64,000 bases of DNA, taken from assembly GCA_964612595.1 (NCBI GenBank), contig CAZTFB010000002.1:70663-134662 (forward strand), written 5' to 3'. Shown in pieces: positions 55,146-63,800 of the stretch (position 1 is its first letter; each line of letters opens with the position of its first letter). The notes under the pieces are model-generated. The model saw nothing but the letters and a program-made list of their open reading frames with translations, was not told the DNA's origin and made no database searches. The DNA comes from an uncultured Gammaproteobacteria bacterium (GTDB taxonomy: Bacteria; Patescibacteriota; Microgenomatia; UBA1406; HO2-37-13b). Position numbers and translations under genes: made by a program.

Positions 55146-55799
55146 TTATGTTGTTAGCACAATGTCAGTATAGTTTTTAACAGGTGCCAGTTTTCTTCCC
55201 GTGGAAGATGGGTTATAAAGGTTGTAATATAGCTCAACAATTTCTTGTTCAAAAAGAACTCTCCCACCCAAACCGGTTTTCTTAAGCAGTCGGAGTAGGT
55301 GGTCCCTTTTCGGGTAAAGGGCAGTTTTAGCCCGTGCAAAAACATACTCCTTTCTTATCTTACCTTTTGTGGCGTTGGTAACACCCATTTCAAGAGGTGA
55401 AAACGGCACAACAAAATAGAAGTTTTTCTCTAGAATAGTGTTCTTTGTAATAACATTTTTTATAAACTCTCGATACTCGATAAGCTGAGAGTTTAGAAAG
55501 GGGTCTTTTTGTACTTGCACCTTATCGTCAAGGTAGTCGAGATAAGACGAAATATCCATTTTTTTTGATAAGATAACAATCTGAACTGCAAATGAAAGCG
55601 AGCTTAATAAAGATCCGTATGAATATATGGTGGCCTGCTGCTCTTCCTCAGCCAATAAACCAAAGTTAACGGCGCCAGATTCTATAATCGTACAACAAGA
55701 CATATCTTTCAACATTAATATGTCGTCTTTTACCCCCTCAATTTCTACGAAATTTTGAGTAGATGACTTAACCGGTGCTGTTGGTTTTTTTTGTGTCAT
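55146..55799 (-). CDS. VirB4 N-terminal-domain-like protein (possible split gene)
   Basis: FVEIEGVKDDILMLKD...AVNFGLLAEEEQQATIYSYGSLLSSLSFAVQIVI resembles the N-terminal region that is fused to VirB4 in conjugative systems. Confidence 0.4.
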   Translation of the reverse strand: MTQKKPTAPVKSSTQNFVEIEGVKDDILMLKDMSCCTIIESGAVNFGLLAEEEQQATIYSYGSLLSSLSFAVQIVILSKKMDISSYLDYLDDKVQVQKDPFLNSQLIEYREFIKNVITKNTILEKNFYFVVPFSPLEMGVTNATKGKIRKEYVFARAKTALYPKRDHLLRLLKKTGLGGRVLFEQEIVELYYNLYNPSSTGRKLAPVKNYTDIVLTT

Positions 55800-56629
55800 A
55801 ACACTTCCTTTGAGTATATTTGTAGTGGAGAGAGCTGCTGATCGTCAACAGTAATTTTCATTGTATCAAAAAAATACTTTCCTCCCAAATCTTTAGGGCC
55901 GACTTCATAATCCCCAGTAGGCAATGGGTGAAACGTAGCAAAAAGCCCATGGTGGTTTGTTTTAAGAATGCGCACGACCTGTCCGGATGCAGAATTTATA
56001 TAGACCATAATATTTGGCAATGGTTCGTTTCTGTTGTTGTGTACGACCCCAGAAAGAAATGCCTCCCTCGCCGTAACAACCTCGGGGGTTGTTTGGGTTG
56101 CTGTAGCGGTCTGAACAGAGACCGGGCCTTCTTTGGTTGCCGTGACAATATTATTTTTAGGCAGAGGAGTGGGCTGTTGTTCAAGCAAAGTATTTATTCG
56201 TTGGCTTCCCTGTTGGGTTTGTGGGGCGTGTTCTTTTGTGTCCATATATTTGGCAAGTTTTTGCTTTGCATCTATGTGGATCTGAACCGTGGCTTCGTCT
56301 CCGCTTACAAATACTCCCTTGAGAAAATCTGGTGCCACATTATGTTTGATGTAATAGTATTGTGAGGGTGACAGAAGGCTTGATAAGAGATTTTTTATCC
56401 ACACATCAAGCTCTCTCTCGTTGTATTTGAAAAGTGCGAAAAAAGCACCCAATCCCATTGTCAAAACAGCAACAGCGATATTAAATGGCCTTACTGGAAT
56501 AAGAAGAAAATAAAAGAGAAGAGAGAAGCCAGCAAAAATCAGAATATATACGAATTGCTTAATGGTTAAGAAGCCAATAAGCTTAAATTCAAACGTAGTA
56601 ATCTGGCGAGGAACGGCATGTTGCTCCAT
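55796..56629 (-). CDS. PrgI-family (VirB3-like) membrane protein with C-terminal beta-rich domain
   Basis: Start MEQHAVPRQITTFEFKLIGFLTIKQFVYIL matches the PrgI N-terminal pattern. A TATACT -10 box ends 7 nt before the ATG. Confidence 0.55.
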   Translation of the reverse strand: MEQHAVPRQITTFEFKLIGFLTIKQFVYILIFAGFSLLFYFLLIPVRPFNIAVAVLTMGLGAFFALFKYNERELDVWIKNLLSSLLSPSQYYYIKHNVAPDFLKGVFVSGDEATVQIHIDAKQKLAKYMDTKEHAPQTQQGSQRINTLLEQQPTPLPKNNIVTATKEGPVSVQTATATQTTPEVVTAREAFLSGVVHNNRNEPLPNIMVYINSASGQVVRILKTNHHGLFATFHPLPTGDYEVGPKDLGGKYFFDTMKITVDDQQLSPLQIYSKEVL

Positions 56630-56736
56630 GCATATCAGTATACAGAATTTGATGGAGCTGCACAAAAACCCATAATTTGCTATAATACACTATAGGACTC
56701 AAATTCCGATCCTGTACCCAGAACCAGGAGGTATGT

Positions 56737-56805
56737 ATGGGCACCGGTTTGGCTGTTCTGGTAGTGATGTTGCTGCTTGTCTGGGCCTACAACTCGGACA
56801 AGTAG
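56737..56805 (+). CDS. candidate 22-aa hydrophobic peptide (MGTGLAVLVVMLLLVWAYNSDK)
   Basis: TGCTATAAT (56678-56686), then AGGAGG (56726-56731) 5 nt before the ATG, and a GC hairpin downstream. Antisense to both flanking genes. Speculative. Confidence 0.3.
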   Translation: MGTGLAVLVVMLLLVWAYNSDK

Positions 56806-56821
56806 GTCGTAGCAACAAAAA

Positions 56822-56854
56822 CAGGAGGGCTCCGGCGATGCCGGGGCTCTCCTG
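56822..56854. terminator. 15-bp GC-rich stem-loop
   Basis: CAGGAGGGCTCCGGC-GAT-GCCGGGGCTCTCCTG. On the minus strand it is followed by TTTTTGTTG (terminator of the HIT gene). Two positions are G-U on the plus transcript but C-A on the minus transcript. Confidence 0.6.
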
Positions 56855-56871
56855 AATATACCCCTAAACAC

Positions 56872-57282
56872 CTATTGTTGTAGAAGTATTTTTTTTGCAA
56901 TTAGCTCGAGCTCACCATCTCCCATCTTTTCTATGGGCTTATTCGGGAAGGCCGACGAACTTTCAACAGGCGAATAGCGAGGAAAAATGTGGATGTGTGC
57001 ATGGGGCACCACTCCTTGAGTGAAGTACTGAAGCCATAATGGTTGTAGCGCATAGTCCAATTTCTTTTCTATGCTTCGTGCAAACTCCCAATACGCTCCA
57101 AAACCTTCAACATCATGAACCCATCGCTCATGTTTCTTTGGAACAACCAAAGTATGACCCTTTGACAGTGGGTTGACATCAAGAAAAGCAAGGTGCTTTT
57201 CATCTTCACCCACTTTATAACAAGGAATTTTTCCAGCTACAATTTTGCAAAATATACAGTCGTCCATGATACAATGATACAA
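56872..57282 (-). CDS. HIT-family nucleotide hydrolase/transferase
   Basis: CIFCKI N-terminus and the histidine triad HAHIHIFPR. Confidence 0.85.
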   Translation of the reverse strand: MYHCIMDDCIFCKIVAGKIPCYKVGEDEKHLAFLDVNPLSKGHTLVVPKKHERWVHDVEGFGAYWEFARSIEKKLDYALQPLWLQYFTQGVVPHAHIHIFPRYSPVESSSAFPNKPIEKMGDGELELIAKKILLQQ

Positions 57283-57287
57283 CCTAT

Positions 57288-58298
57288 ATGCAAAAAGAGA
57301 AGGTAATTATTATTGGTGGTGGCCCTGCGGGCCTTGGTGCTGCGATATATAATGCGCGCGCCTTTTTAAATCCACTCGTTATCGCAGGCGCGCCTCCAGG
57401 AGGGCAGCTCACCCTCACCTCTGACGTCGAAAACTATCCCGGCATTCCCTCAATCCTCGGTCCTGAATTAATTCAGAAAATGAGAGAGCATGCCGCTCAC
57501 TTCGACACAAGATTCATCGACGACAACGTTAAAGGGGTTGATTTTAATGACCCAAAAAATCTCAAAATTACACTGTCAAACGGTGCTGAATATTCGGCAG
57601 AAGCGATACTTATAACTACAGGAGCGAGTGCAAAATGGCTCGGCATTGAGTCGGAAACCCGCCTCCGCGGGCGAGGCGTCTCTGCGTGCGCGACCTGCGA
57701 TGGGTTTTTCTTTAGAGACAAGATAGTCGCTGTGGTTGGCGGCGGCGATACTGCAATGGAAGAAGCCGCCACACTTACACGCTTTGCAAAAAAAGTCTAT
57801 GTTCTCCACAGAAAAGAAGAATTCAGAGCCTCACAAATAATGCAAAAAAGAGTTTTAGATAATGAAAAAATCGAAGTACTTTGGGGAACCGAAGTTGCCG
57901 AGGTGCTTGGAGAGCAAAAAGTCGAAGGGATAAAACTTAACTTTACCACTGAAAAATCTAAGGATAAAGTAGAAGGCACCACACTAAAAGTAGACGGACT
58001 TTTTCTTGCAATCGGTCACATACCCAACACGTCATTTCTTCAAAACAGTGGTGTGGCTATGAATGAAAAAGGATATATTGTAACGTCTGCTTGGTATGCT
58101 TGGGAAAAAGCTCAAGGACGCCACAAAGATGCGAGTTTACAATTTGACATGAATTGGCAATACGCCACCACAAAAGAAGGTGTCTTTGCGGCCGGTGATT
58201 GTGTAGATTACCTATATAGACAGGGCATAACCGCGACCGGTATGGGAGCGGCAGCGGCGCTCGAGGTTGAGCGGTATCTAGGCGATAAAAACGAATAA
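57288..58298 (+). CDS. trxB: thioredoxin-disulfide reductase
   Basis: GGGPAG FAD motif, CATCDG redox-active disulfide, GGGDTAMEEA NADPH motif. Confidence 0.9.
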   Translation: MQKEKVIIIGGGPAGLGAAIYNARAFLNPLVIAGAPPGGQLTLTSDVENYPGIPSILGPELIQKMREHAAHFDTRFIDDNVKGVDFNDPKNLKITLSNGAEYSAEAILITTGASAKWLGIESETRLRGRGVSACATCDGFFFRDKIVAVVGGGDTAMEEAATLTRFAKKVYVLHRKEEFRASQIMQKRVLDNEKIEVLWGTEVAEVLGEQKVEGIKLNFTTEKSKDKVEGTTLKVDGLFLAIGHIPNTSFLQNSGVAMNEKGYIVTSAWYAWEKAQGRHKDASLQFDMNWQYATTKEGVFAAGDCVDYLYRQGITATGMGAAAALEVERYLGDKNE

Positions 58299-58373
58299 AA
58301 ACTTCCCCCTTATTCATAATTAATTCTTAATATTCATTTCGTATTCTTGTGTCGTTATTAGTTTGTTATCAAG

Positions 58374-60050
58374 ATGAAGAATACAGTGGTTTGGATTAGC
58401 TTGATAATCTTTTTTATGTACCCCATCAGCTTGCAGGCACAAACAACAACACCAACACACACAACACTCGTGTTGACAAGCGATAGCTCGTGGAAAGTTT
58501 CACGGGAAGTAGCGGTAGGATGGGAAAAACCAGGGCTTGATGATGGTAATTGGGAGCACTCTGTCGTATTGCCCCACACACCGTGTGGGGGTTGGTCAAA
58601 AACCGTTCAGGCAGATCTAATATGGGCAAAAAATCCAAAAAGTCGTGAAACAGTATATCTCCGCAAGACAATTTCATTAAAAACCGCGCCGTTAAGTGTG
58701 TTGTTAAAAACATACTTTGATGATGATGGCGACGTGTATCTCAACGGCATGAGAGTTATGCACGATATAGATGGGACGGATGGGACAAGCCAAGGCTATT
58801 ATGCCTCATTTTTTAGAAAAGGTGAAAACACCATTGCAATCGCAGTGAAAGATGTTACAGGACTATGTCAATCAACAGCATTTTTCATCGAGCTAAAAAT
58901 TCCCAACCATGAAAGCTATGAGCTTGAAATACCCTTGGTAAAACAATCGGCCCCTGCTTGGTCCGAAAAGATCTATGCGGGAGGCTCTAAAGACAATATG
59001 TTTTGCGGAACCACCATTGGACATTGTGGATGTGTCGTTTCCTCTCTGGCAATGCTTTTAAATTTTCATAAGGTGACAAAGAGCCCAGATGGACTAAAAA
59101 CAAGCCCCGACGTTTTAAACGAATATCTTTCTCGAAATCAAAGGTGTAATGAATATGGGTGTGTGAGTGATGGATATGTATATGGTGACGTAGTATGGGG
59201 AGCACTACACAAGTATACGAAGTCCGGCCACGATATGTATCAAAGCCCAAAAGTTATGCTTGTAGGAGGAGGGGTGTATGACAAGGATCAAGTCAAAGAT
59301 GACATTAAAAATAATAAACCGGTCGTTCTTCGTGCTCCAAACAAGCCACACTGGTTTATTGCATCTGGTATTGATGGCGACTCATTATCAATACGCGACC
59401 CACTATATGAATGGGGTGTGTTGGATAACCCAGATTATAAAAATACAGCAAGCCAAATGAGGAGATTTTCTAAGGTTAACAGTGACTTCAGTGCGATCGA
59501 GATATTTATAAAAGAACCAGGCCATATCGTTTTAACATCTCCAGACGGAAAAAAATACGGACATCTGCAGGAGGGTTTATATTTTGATGAAAACGGCGTG
59601 CGACATTTATTGGTGCAGACACCAAAAAAGGGTACGTATGGAATTGAAATTATGGTTCCGAGTTCTGAAAAAACAGAGTATGTTGTGGTGAACACAAACA
59701 GGTCTGCAGAAAATGTGATGTATGTTGAACATGTTCAGATTGGTGAGAGCGCGCCGGGCTTTACCTATGATCCTGATTTTCAGCCGCCCACCCCTACCCT
59801 AACATACACTGTCCCAACGGCCAGCCCTATTATCAGAGGATATGCTTCTAAAAACGAGATGTGTCGGGGAGGGGAGAATCGAACTCCCACCGCGCGCACC
59901 CCATGCGCGCATTCTACCATTATACTACTCCCCGTAAGTCGTTTGCCTTTTTTAGCCCCAGCCTGTTATGATGTGTTCAGGTTTGACGACGGTTACAATT
60001 TGAGGCAGTCGAGCTTGTTTTTCACCAGCGATTATTTTATCATAAACTAA
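58374..60050 (+). CDS. secreted protein with galactose-binding-like N-domain and C39-like cysteine peptidase domain
   Basis: Signal peptide. The [14 protein letters not shown] motif resembles the C39-like catalytic Cys. The last 190 nt or so run antisense through tRNA-Pro, so the true C-terminus is uncertain. Confidence 0.5.
   Translation: MKNTVVWISLIIFFMYPISLQAQTTTPTHTTLVLTSDSSWKVSREVAVGWEKPGLDDGNWEHSVVLPHTPCGGWSKTVQADLIWAKNPKSRETVYLRKTISLKTAPLSVLLKTYFDDDGDVYLNGMRVMHDIDGTDGTSQGYYASFFRKGENTIAIAVKDVTGLCQSTAFFIELKIPNHESYELEIPLVKQSAPAWSEKIYAGGSKDNMFCGTTIGHCGCVVSSLAMLLNFHKVTKSPDGLKTSPDVLNEYLSRNQRCNEYGCVSDGYVYGDVVWGALHKYTKSGHDMYQSPKVMLVGGGVYDKDQVKDDIKNNKPVVLRAPNKPHWFIASGIDGDSLSIRDPLYEWGVLDNPDYKNTASQMRRFSKVNSDFSAIEIFIKEPGHIVLTSPDGKKYGHLQEGLYFDENGVRHLLVQTPKKGTYGIEIMVPSSEKTEYVVVNTNRSAENVMYVEHVQIGESAPGFTYDPDFQPPTPTLTYTVPTASPIIRGYASKNEMCRGGENRTPTARTPCAHSTIILLPVSRLPFLAPACYDVFRFDDGYNLRQSSLFFTSDYFIIN
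59864..59934 (-). tRNA. tRNA-Pro (anticodon GGG)
   Basis: Acceptor CGGGGAG/CTCCCCG, anticodon stem CGCGC/GCGCG with loop ATGGGGT, T arm GGGAG-TTCGATT-CTCCC. The D stem pairs poorly in my hand fold. Confidence 0.7.
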
Positions 60051-60066
60051 ATTTTTACCCACTATT

Positions 60067-61140
60067 ATGGCAAAAGAAGTTAAAGAGAAAACAAAACCAG
60101 TTCAAAAAGAAGAAAGCCAAAAGAACCAAGCGGTTCAGGCGGCTGTAGAACAAATTCAGAAACAGTTTGGTCAAGGTTCTATTATGAAGCTTGGCGATAG
60201 AGTGAAACAGAAAGTGAGCGTTATTCCTTCAGAAATTCTTCCTCTCGATGTTGCGCTTGGTGTTGGGGGTATTCCTAAAGGTCGTATTATCGAAATTTAC
60301 GGTCCAGAAGCATCGGGCAAAACAACACTCTCACTTAATTTTATTGCGCAAATCCAAAAAAACGGCGGTATTGCTGCATTTATTGATGCAGAGCACGCTC
60401 TTGATCCAAGTTGGGCAGAGACATTGGGTGTCGACCTTGATAATCTGCTCATTTCACAACCAGATACCGGTGAGCAGGCTCTCGAAATTACTGAGGCGCT
60501 TATTCGGTCGGGGGGCGTTGATCTTGTGGTGGTTGACTCGGTTGCCGCACTTGTGCCAAGAAGTGAGATTGAGGGAGAAATGGGCGACGCACAAATGGGT
60601 GTACAAGCAAGACTCATGTCACACGCATTGCGTAAATTAACAAGTGTGACGTCAAAATCCAACACAACCATTATTTTTACCAATCAACTTCGCCACAAGA
60701 TTGGTGTTATGTTTGGTAACCCAGAAACAACCCCGGGTGGATTAGCCCTAAAATTCTATTGTTCCGTTCGTATGGATGTGCGAAAAATAGAAAGTATTAA
60801 AAAGGGTGATCAAGTAGTTGGGTCAAGGCACAGGGTTAAGATTGTGAAAAATAAGGTTGCCCCACCATTTAAACAAGCAGAATTTGCAGTGAATCATGAG
60901 GGTATCGATAAAGAAGACGCGCTTATTGAAGCAGCAATTCTCACAGATGTTATTACAAAAGCTGGGGCATTTCTAAAGAAGGGAGACAAGGTGCTTGCTC
61001 AAGGCAGGGCGCAACTTGCAGGATTTTTGAGAGACGATCCAAAAATGCGTGAGGAGTTTATGAAAGACATTCGTGCGAAAATGTTTGAGCAGTCTGAAGA
61101 AAAACCAAAAGCAAGAGTAGAGGCAGAACCTGAGGCGTAA
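60067..61140 (+). CDS. recA: recombinase RecA
   Basis: [10 protein letters not shown] Walker A and typical RecA blocks ([17 protein letters not shown]). Confidence 0.95.
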   Translation: MAKEVKEKTKPVQKEESQKNQAVQAAVEQIQKQFGQGSIMKLGDRVKQKVSVIPSEILPLDVALGVGGIPKGRIIEIYGPEASGKTTLSLNFIAQIQKNGGIAAFIDAEHALDPSWAETLGVDLDNLLISQPDTGEQALEITEALIRSGGVDLVVVDSVAALVPRSEIEGEMGDAQMGVQARLMSHALRKLTSVTSKSNTTIIFTNQLRHKIGVMFGNPETTPGGLALKFYCSVRMDVRKIESIKKGDQVVGSRHRVKIVKNKVAPPFKQAEFAVNHEGIDKEDALIEAAILTDVITKAGAFLKKGDKVLAQGRAQLAGFLRDDPKMREEFMKDIRAKMFEQSEEKPKARVEAEPEA

Positions 61141-61661
61141 TGAGTAATCAAGACATTCACGATTATATATATTGGTGCGCGGATCGGTACTTATCATACC
61201 GGCCGCGCACGGAATATGAGCTCCGTCGCTACATAAAACGAAAATTGCATTCTCGAGATATTGTTGATCCTGATCAACAGGAAGAATATATTACCGCAAC
61301 AATACAAAGACTCAATAGTGAAGGTCGTCTGAATGACGAGAAATTTATACAGATGTTTGTCGATGATAGGCAATATTTTAAGCCTCGCGGCAAGCGACGC
61401 CTTGTGCAGGAGCTAAAGCAAAAGGGTCTCGCCGACCCGCTCATAGAAGAGTATTTTTCTACCCATGCTATTGACGAGGTTCCCTTAGTTGTAAAAATTA
61501 TTCAAAAAAAGCTCTTCTTTGATAATCCCACAAACAGTCAAAGCGAAAACCCAGAAATTGACCAGGGTTTAAGAAAGAAAATTACCAACCATCTTCTCCG
61601 GAGAGGCTTTTCATACCATCATATAAAATTAGCGTTTGAAGATTTCATTAAAAAAAAGTAA
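61140..61661 (+). CDS. recX: regulatory protein RecX
   Basis: 173 aa overlapping the recA stop. Repeated helical RecX-like pattern (YLSYRPRTEYELRRYI). Confidence 0.75.
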   Translation: MSNQDIHDYIYWCADRYLSYRPRTEYELRRYIKRKLHSRDIVDPDQQEEYITATIQRLNSEGRLNDEKFIQMFVDDRQYFKPRGKRRLVQELKQKGLADPLIEEYFSTHAIDEVPLVVKIIQKKLFFDNPTNSQSENPEIDQGLRKKITNHLLRRGFSYHHIKLAFEDFIKKK

Positions 61662-61793
61662 AATAGGGCAATTACAAATTGATGAATGGGCAGAAAGTTA
61701 ATAGAATAAAGGCATATGATAAATTTGGAAAATCTCTCTCTGAGGCTCTAATTCGTCACCTTTCTATTGATTTTTGTGCCCTAAAAGTACGTT

Positions 61794-63311
61794 ATGAACA
61801 TTCAAAAAATGCTTGCCTCCCTACCCTTTTTCAGCAAGCAGCCACTTGAAACACAGCAAACTTCCGAAAAGGTCGAGCAAAAACTAGACCCAAAGATCAT
61901 CGATCTTAAAGTAGAAGAGGCCGAGCTTCAAGCGAAAGAAGTGTTGATCAAAGCCAAAGAGGAGGCCGTCAGAGTTAAAGAAGAAGCCGTAAGGCTCAAA
62001 GAAGAGGCAGAAAGAGAGCTTCAACGCTCTAAACGAGAGCTTCAAGAAAGTGAGAGGAAGGCACAGCAACGCGAAGCTGAGCTTAATCGTATTAGAAACG
62101 AGATTGAAAACAAAGAAAAGGCCGTAGAGGCAGAGCGTGCTGAGATAAAGGCTCGAAAAGACGAAGTTCTCGAAAAACTTGAGAAAGTTGCGAAGCTTGG
62201 CCAACAGGAAGCAAAAGACCTTATTCTTAAAGGTTGGGAAGAAAAACTTAAGCCAGAAGTGGCTAAAAGAATTCGCCAAGCCGAAGAAAAAATTAAAGAG
62301 GAGGCTGAGCGAAAATCCCAGGACATTCTTCTTGAGGCAATGCGACATGGTGCGACTGATTATGTTGCTGAATATACGTTGTCTACTATTGCTCTCCCCG
62401 ACGACACAATTAAAGGCAAGATTATTGGTAAAGAAGGTCGTAACATTAGAGCGTTCGAACTTGCTACTGGTGTAGACGTTGATCTAGAAGAAGAGGGAAC
62501 TATTAGGATTTCTTCATTTGATGCATATAAAAGAGAGGTGGCAAAGGTTGCACTCGAGCGATTATTGAAAGATGGTCGTGTTCAACCTGTGCGCATCGAA
62601 GAAATTGTTGAACAAACACGACGCGATATAGACAAAATCGTTCACCAAGCAGGTGAGGATCTTGTACATAGAGTCGGAGTGTATGATCTTCCTAAAGAGC
62701 TAGTCTGGATGCTTGGTAAGTTTAAATTCAGATTCTCTTATGGTCAAAACCTGCTCCTCCATACACTTGAGGAAACTAAAATCGGCATAGCGCTTGCTCA
62801 CGAGCTAAAAGCAGATGTTATGACCGTTAAACTCGGTTGTCTTTTTCATGACATTGGAAAAGTCGTAGAAGATAAAGAGGGATCTCATGTAGATCTTGGT
62901 GTAGAGTTGTTAAAAAAATACAATATGCCAGCAGCAGCAATACACTGTGTTGCAGCATCACATGAGGATATTCCATTCGAATCTGCAGAGGCAGTGATTG
63001 TCTATATTGCCGATGGTATCTCGGGTGGCCGACCTGGTGCTCGTCACGAAGACTTTGAGCAATATCTTAAAAGGATTAGGGATCTCGAAGAAATTGCTAT
63101 GGCGCAAAAAGGTGTACGCGAGGCATATGCTTTGCAGGCTGGCAGAGAGCTCCGTGTAATAGTAAAACCAGACGACATTTCTGAGGAAGAAGCTGTTGTT
63201 TTATCTGAGCGCATAAAGGAAGACATCAATAAAAAATTCCCTGTCTTCCCTGGCCAGGTAACCATTACTGTCATACGCGAGACACGCGCTATTGCAACAA
63301 GCCATTCCTGA
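61794..63311 (+). CDS. rny: ribonuclease Y
   Basis: N-terminal anchor, long coiled coil, KH domain (GKIIGKEGRNIR) and HD domain (LFHDIGK). Confidence 0.9.
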   Translation: MNIQKMLASLPFFSKQPLETQQTSEKVEQKLDPKIIDLKVEEAELQAKEVLIKAKEEAVRVKEEAVRLKEEAERELQRSKRELQESERKAQQREAELNRIRNEIENKEKAVEAERAEIKARKDEVLEKLEKVAKLGQQEAKDLILKGWEEKLKPEVAKRIRQAEEKIKEEAERKSQDILLEAMRHGATDYVAEYTLSTIALPDDTIKGKIIGKEGRNIRAFELATGVDVDLEEEGTIRISSFDAYKREVAKVALERLLKDGRVQPVRIEEIVEQTRRDIDKIVHQAGEDLVHRVGVYDLPKELVWMLGKFKFRFSYGQNLLLHTLEETKIGIALAHELKADVMTVKLGCLFHDIGKVVEDKEGSHVDLGVELLKKYNMPAAAIHCVAASHEDIPFESAEAVIVYIADGISGGRPGARHEDFEQYLKRIRDLEEIAMAQKGVREAYALQAGRELRVIVKPDDISEEEAVVLSERIKEDINKKFPVFPGQVTITVIRETRAIATSHS

Positions 63312-63382
63312 TATAGATTGTTACAATAAGAGGTTTTAAATACGGATTGACAGGAAAGCCAAAACTACAGTATTATAGTCCT

Positions 63383-63438
63383 CAGCACTAATTCTTACTA
63401 TAGAGCTTTGTAAAAGCCTATAGCAATAATTAGTGCTG
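63383..63438 (+). promoter_or_regulatory. 56-nt extended hairpin in the HU 5' leader
   Basis: CAGCACTAATT...AATTAGTGCTG (11-bp outer stem) with inner CTATAG and GCTTT/AAAGC pairings. It ends directly at the GGAGGGGG Shine-Dalgarno. The TTGACA-N18-TATTAT promoter is upstream. Confidence 0.5.
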
Positions 63439-63456
63439 GGAGGGGGTGAAAGAATA

Positions 63457-63729
63457 ATGACAAAAGCAGACTTAGTCGCACAAGTTGCAAAAAGAGCAAA
63501 CCTTACATCAAAAGCATCAAAAGATGCGGTCAATGGTGTATTTGGCACAATCTCTGAAGCAATGAAACGAAACGAAAAAGTGGTTGTTACTGGATTTGGC
63601 ACCTTTTTGGTTCGCCGAAGAGCAGCACGCAAGGGTAGAAATCCCCAGACCGGTGCTGAAATCAAAATCCCAGCAACAAGTACTCCTGGCTTTACCGCAG
63701 GAAAAACACTTAAGAAATTAGTCAAATAA
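63457..63729 (+). CDS. hup: DNA-binding protein HU
   Basis: MTKADLVAQVA...GFGTFLVRRRAARKGRNPQTG is the canonical HU/IHF fold sequence. Confidence 0.9.
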   Translation: MTKADLVAQVAKRANLTSKASKDAVNGVFGTISEAMKRNEKVVVTGFGTFLVRRRAARKGRNPQTGAEIKIPATSTPGFTAGKTLKKLVK

Positions 63730-63749
63730 TAGTTATTCTGACTTAACTA

Positions 63750-63784
63750 AAACAAACCCTCTGCTTCGCAGCGGGTTTGTTTTT
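63750..63784 (+). terminator. rho-independent terminator after HU
   Basis: AAACAAACCC-TCTGCTTCGCAGC-GGGTTTGTTT followed by TT. Confidence 0.8.
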
Positions 63785-63800
63785 AGCTTATAATCAATAT

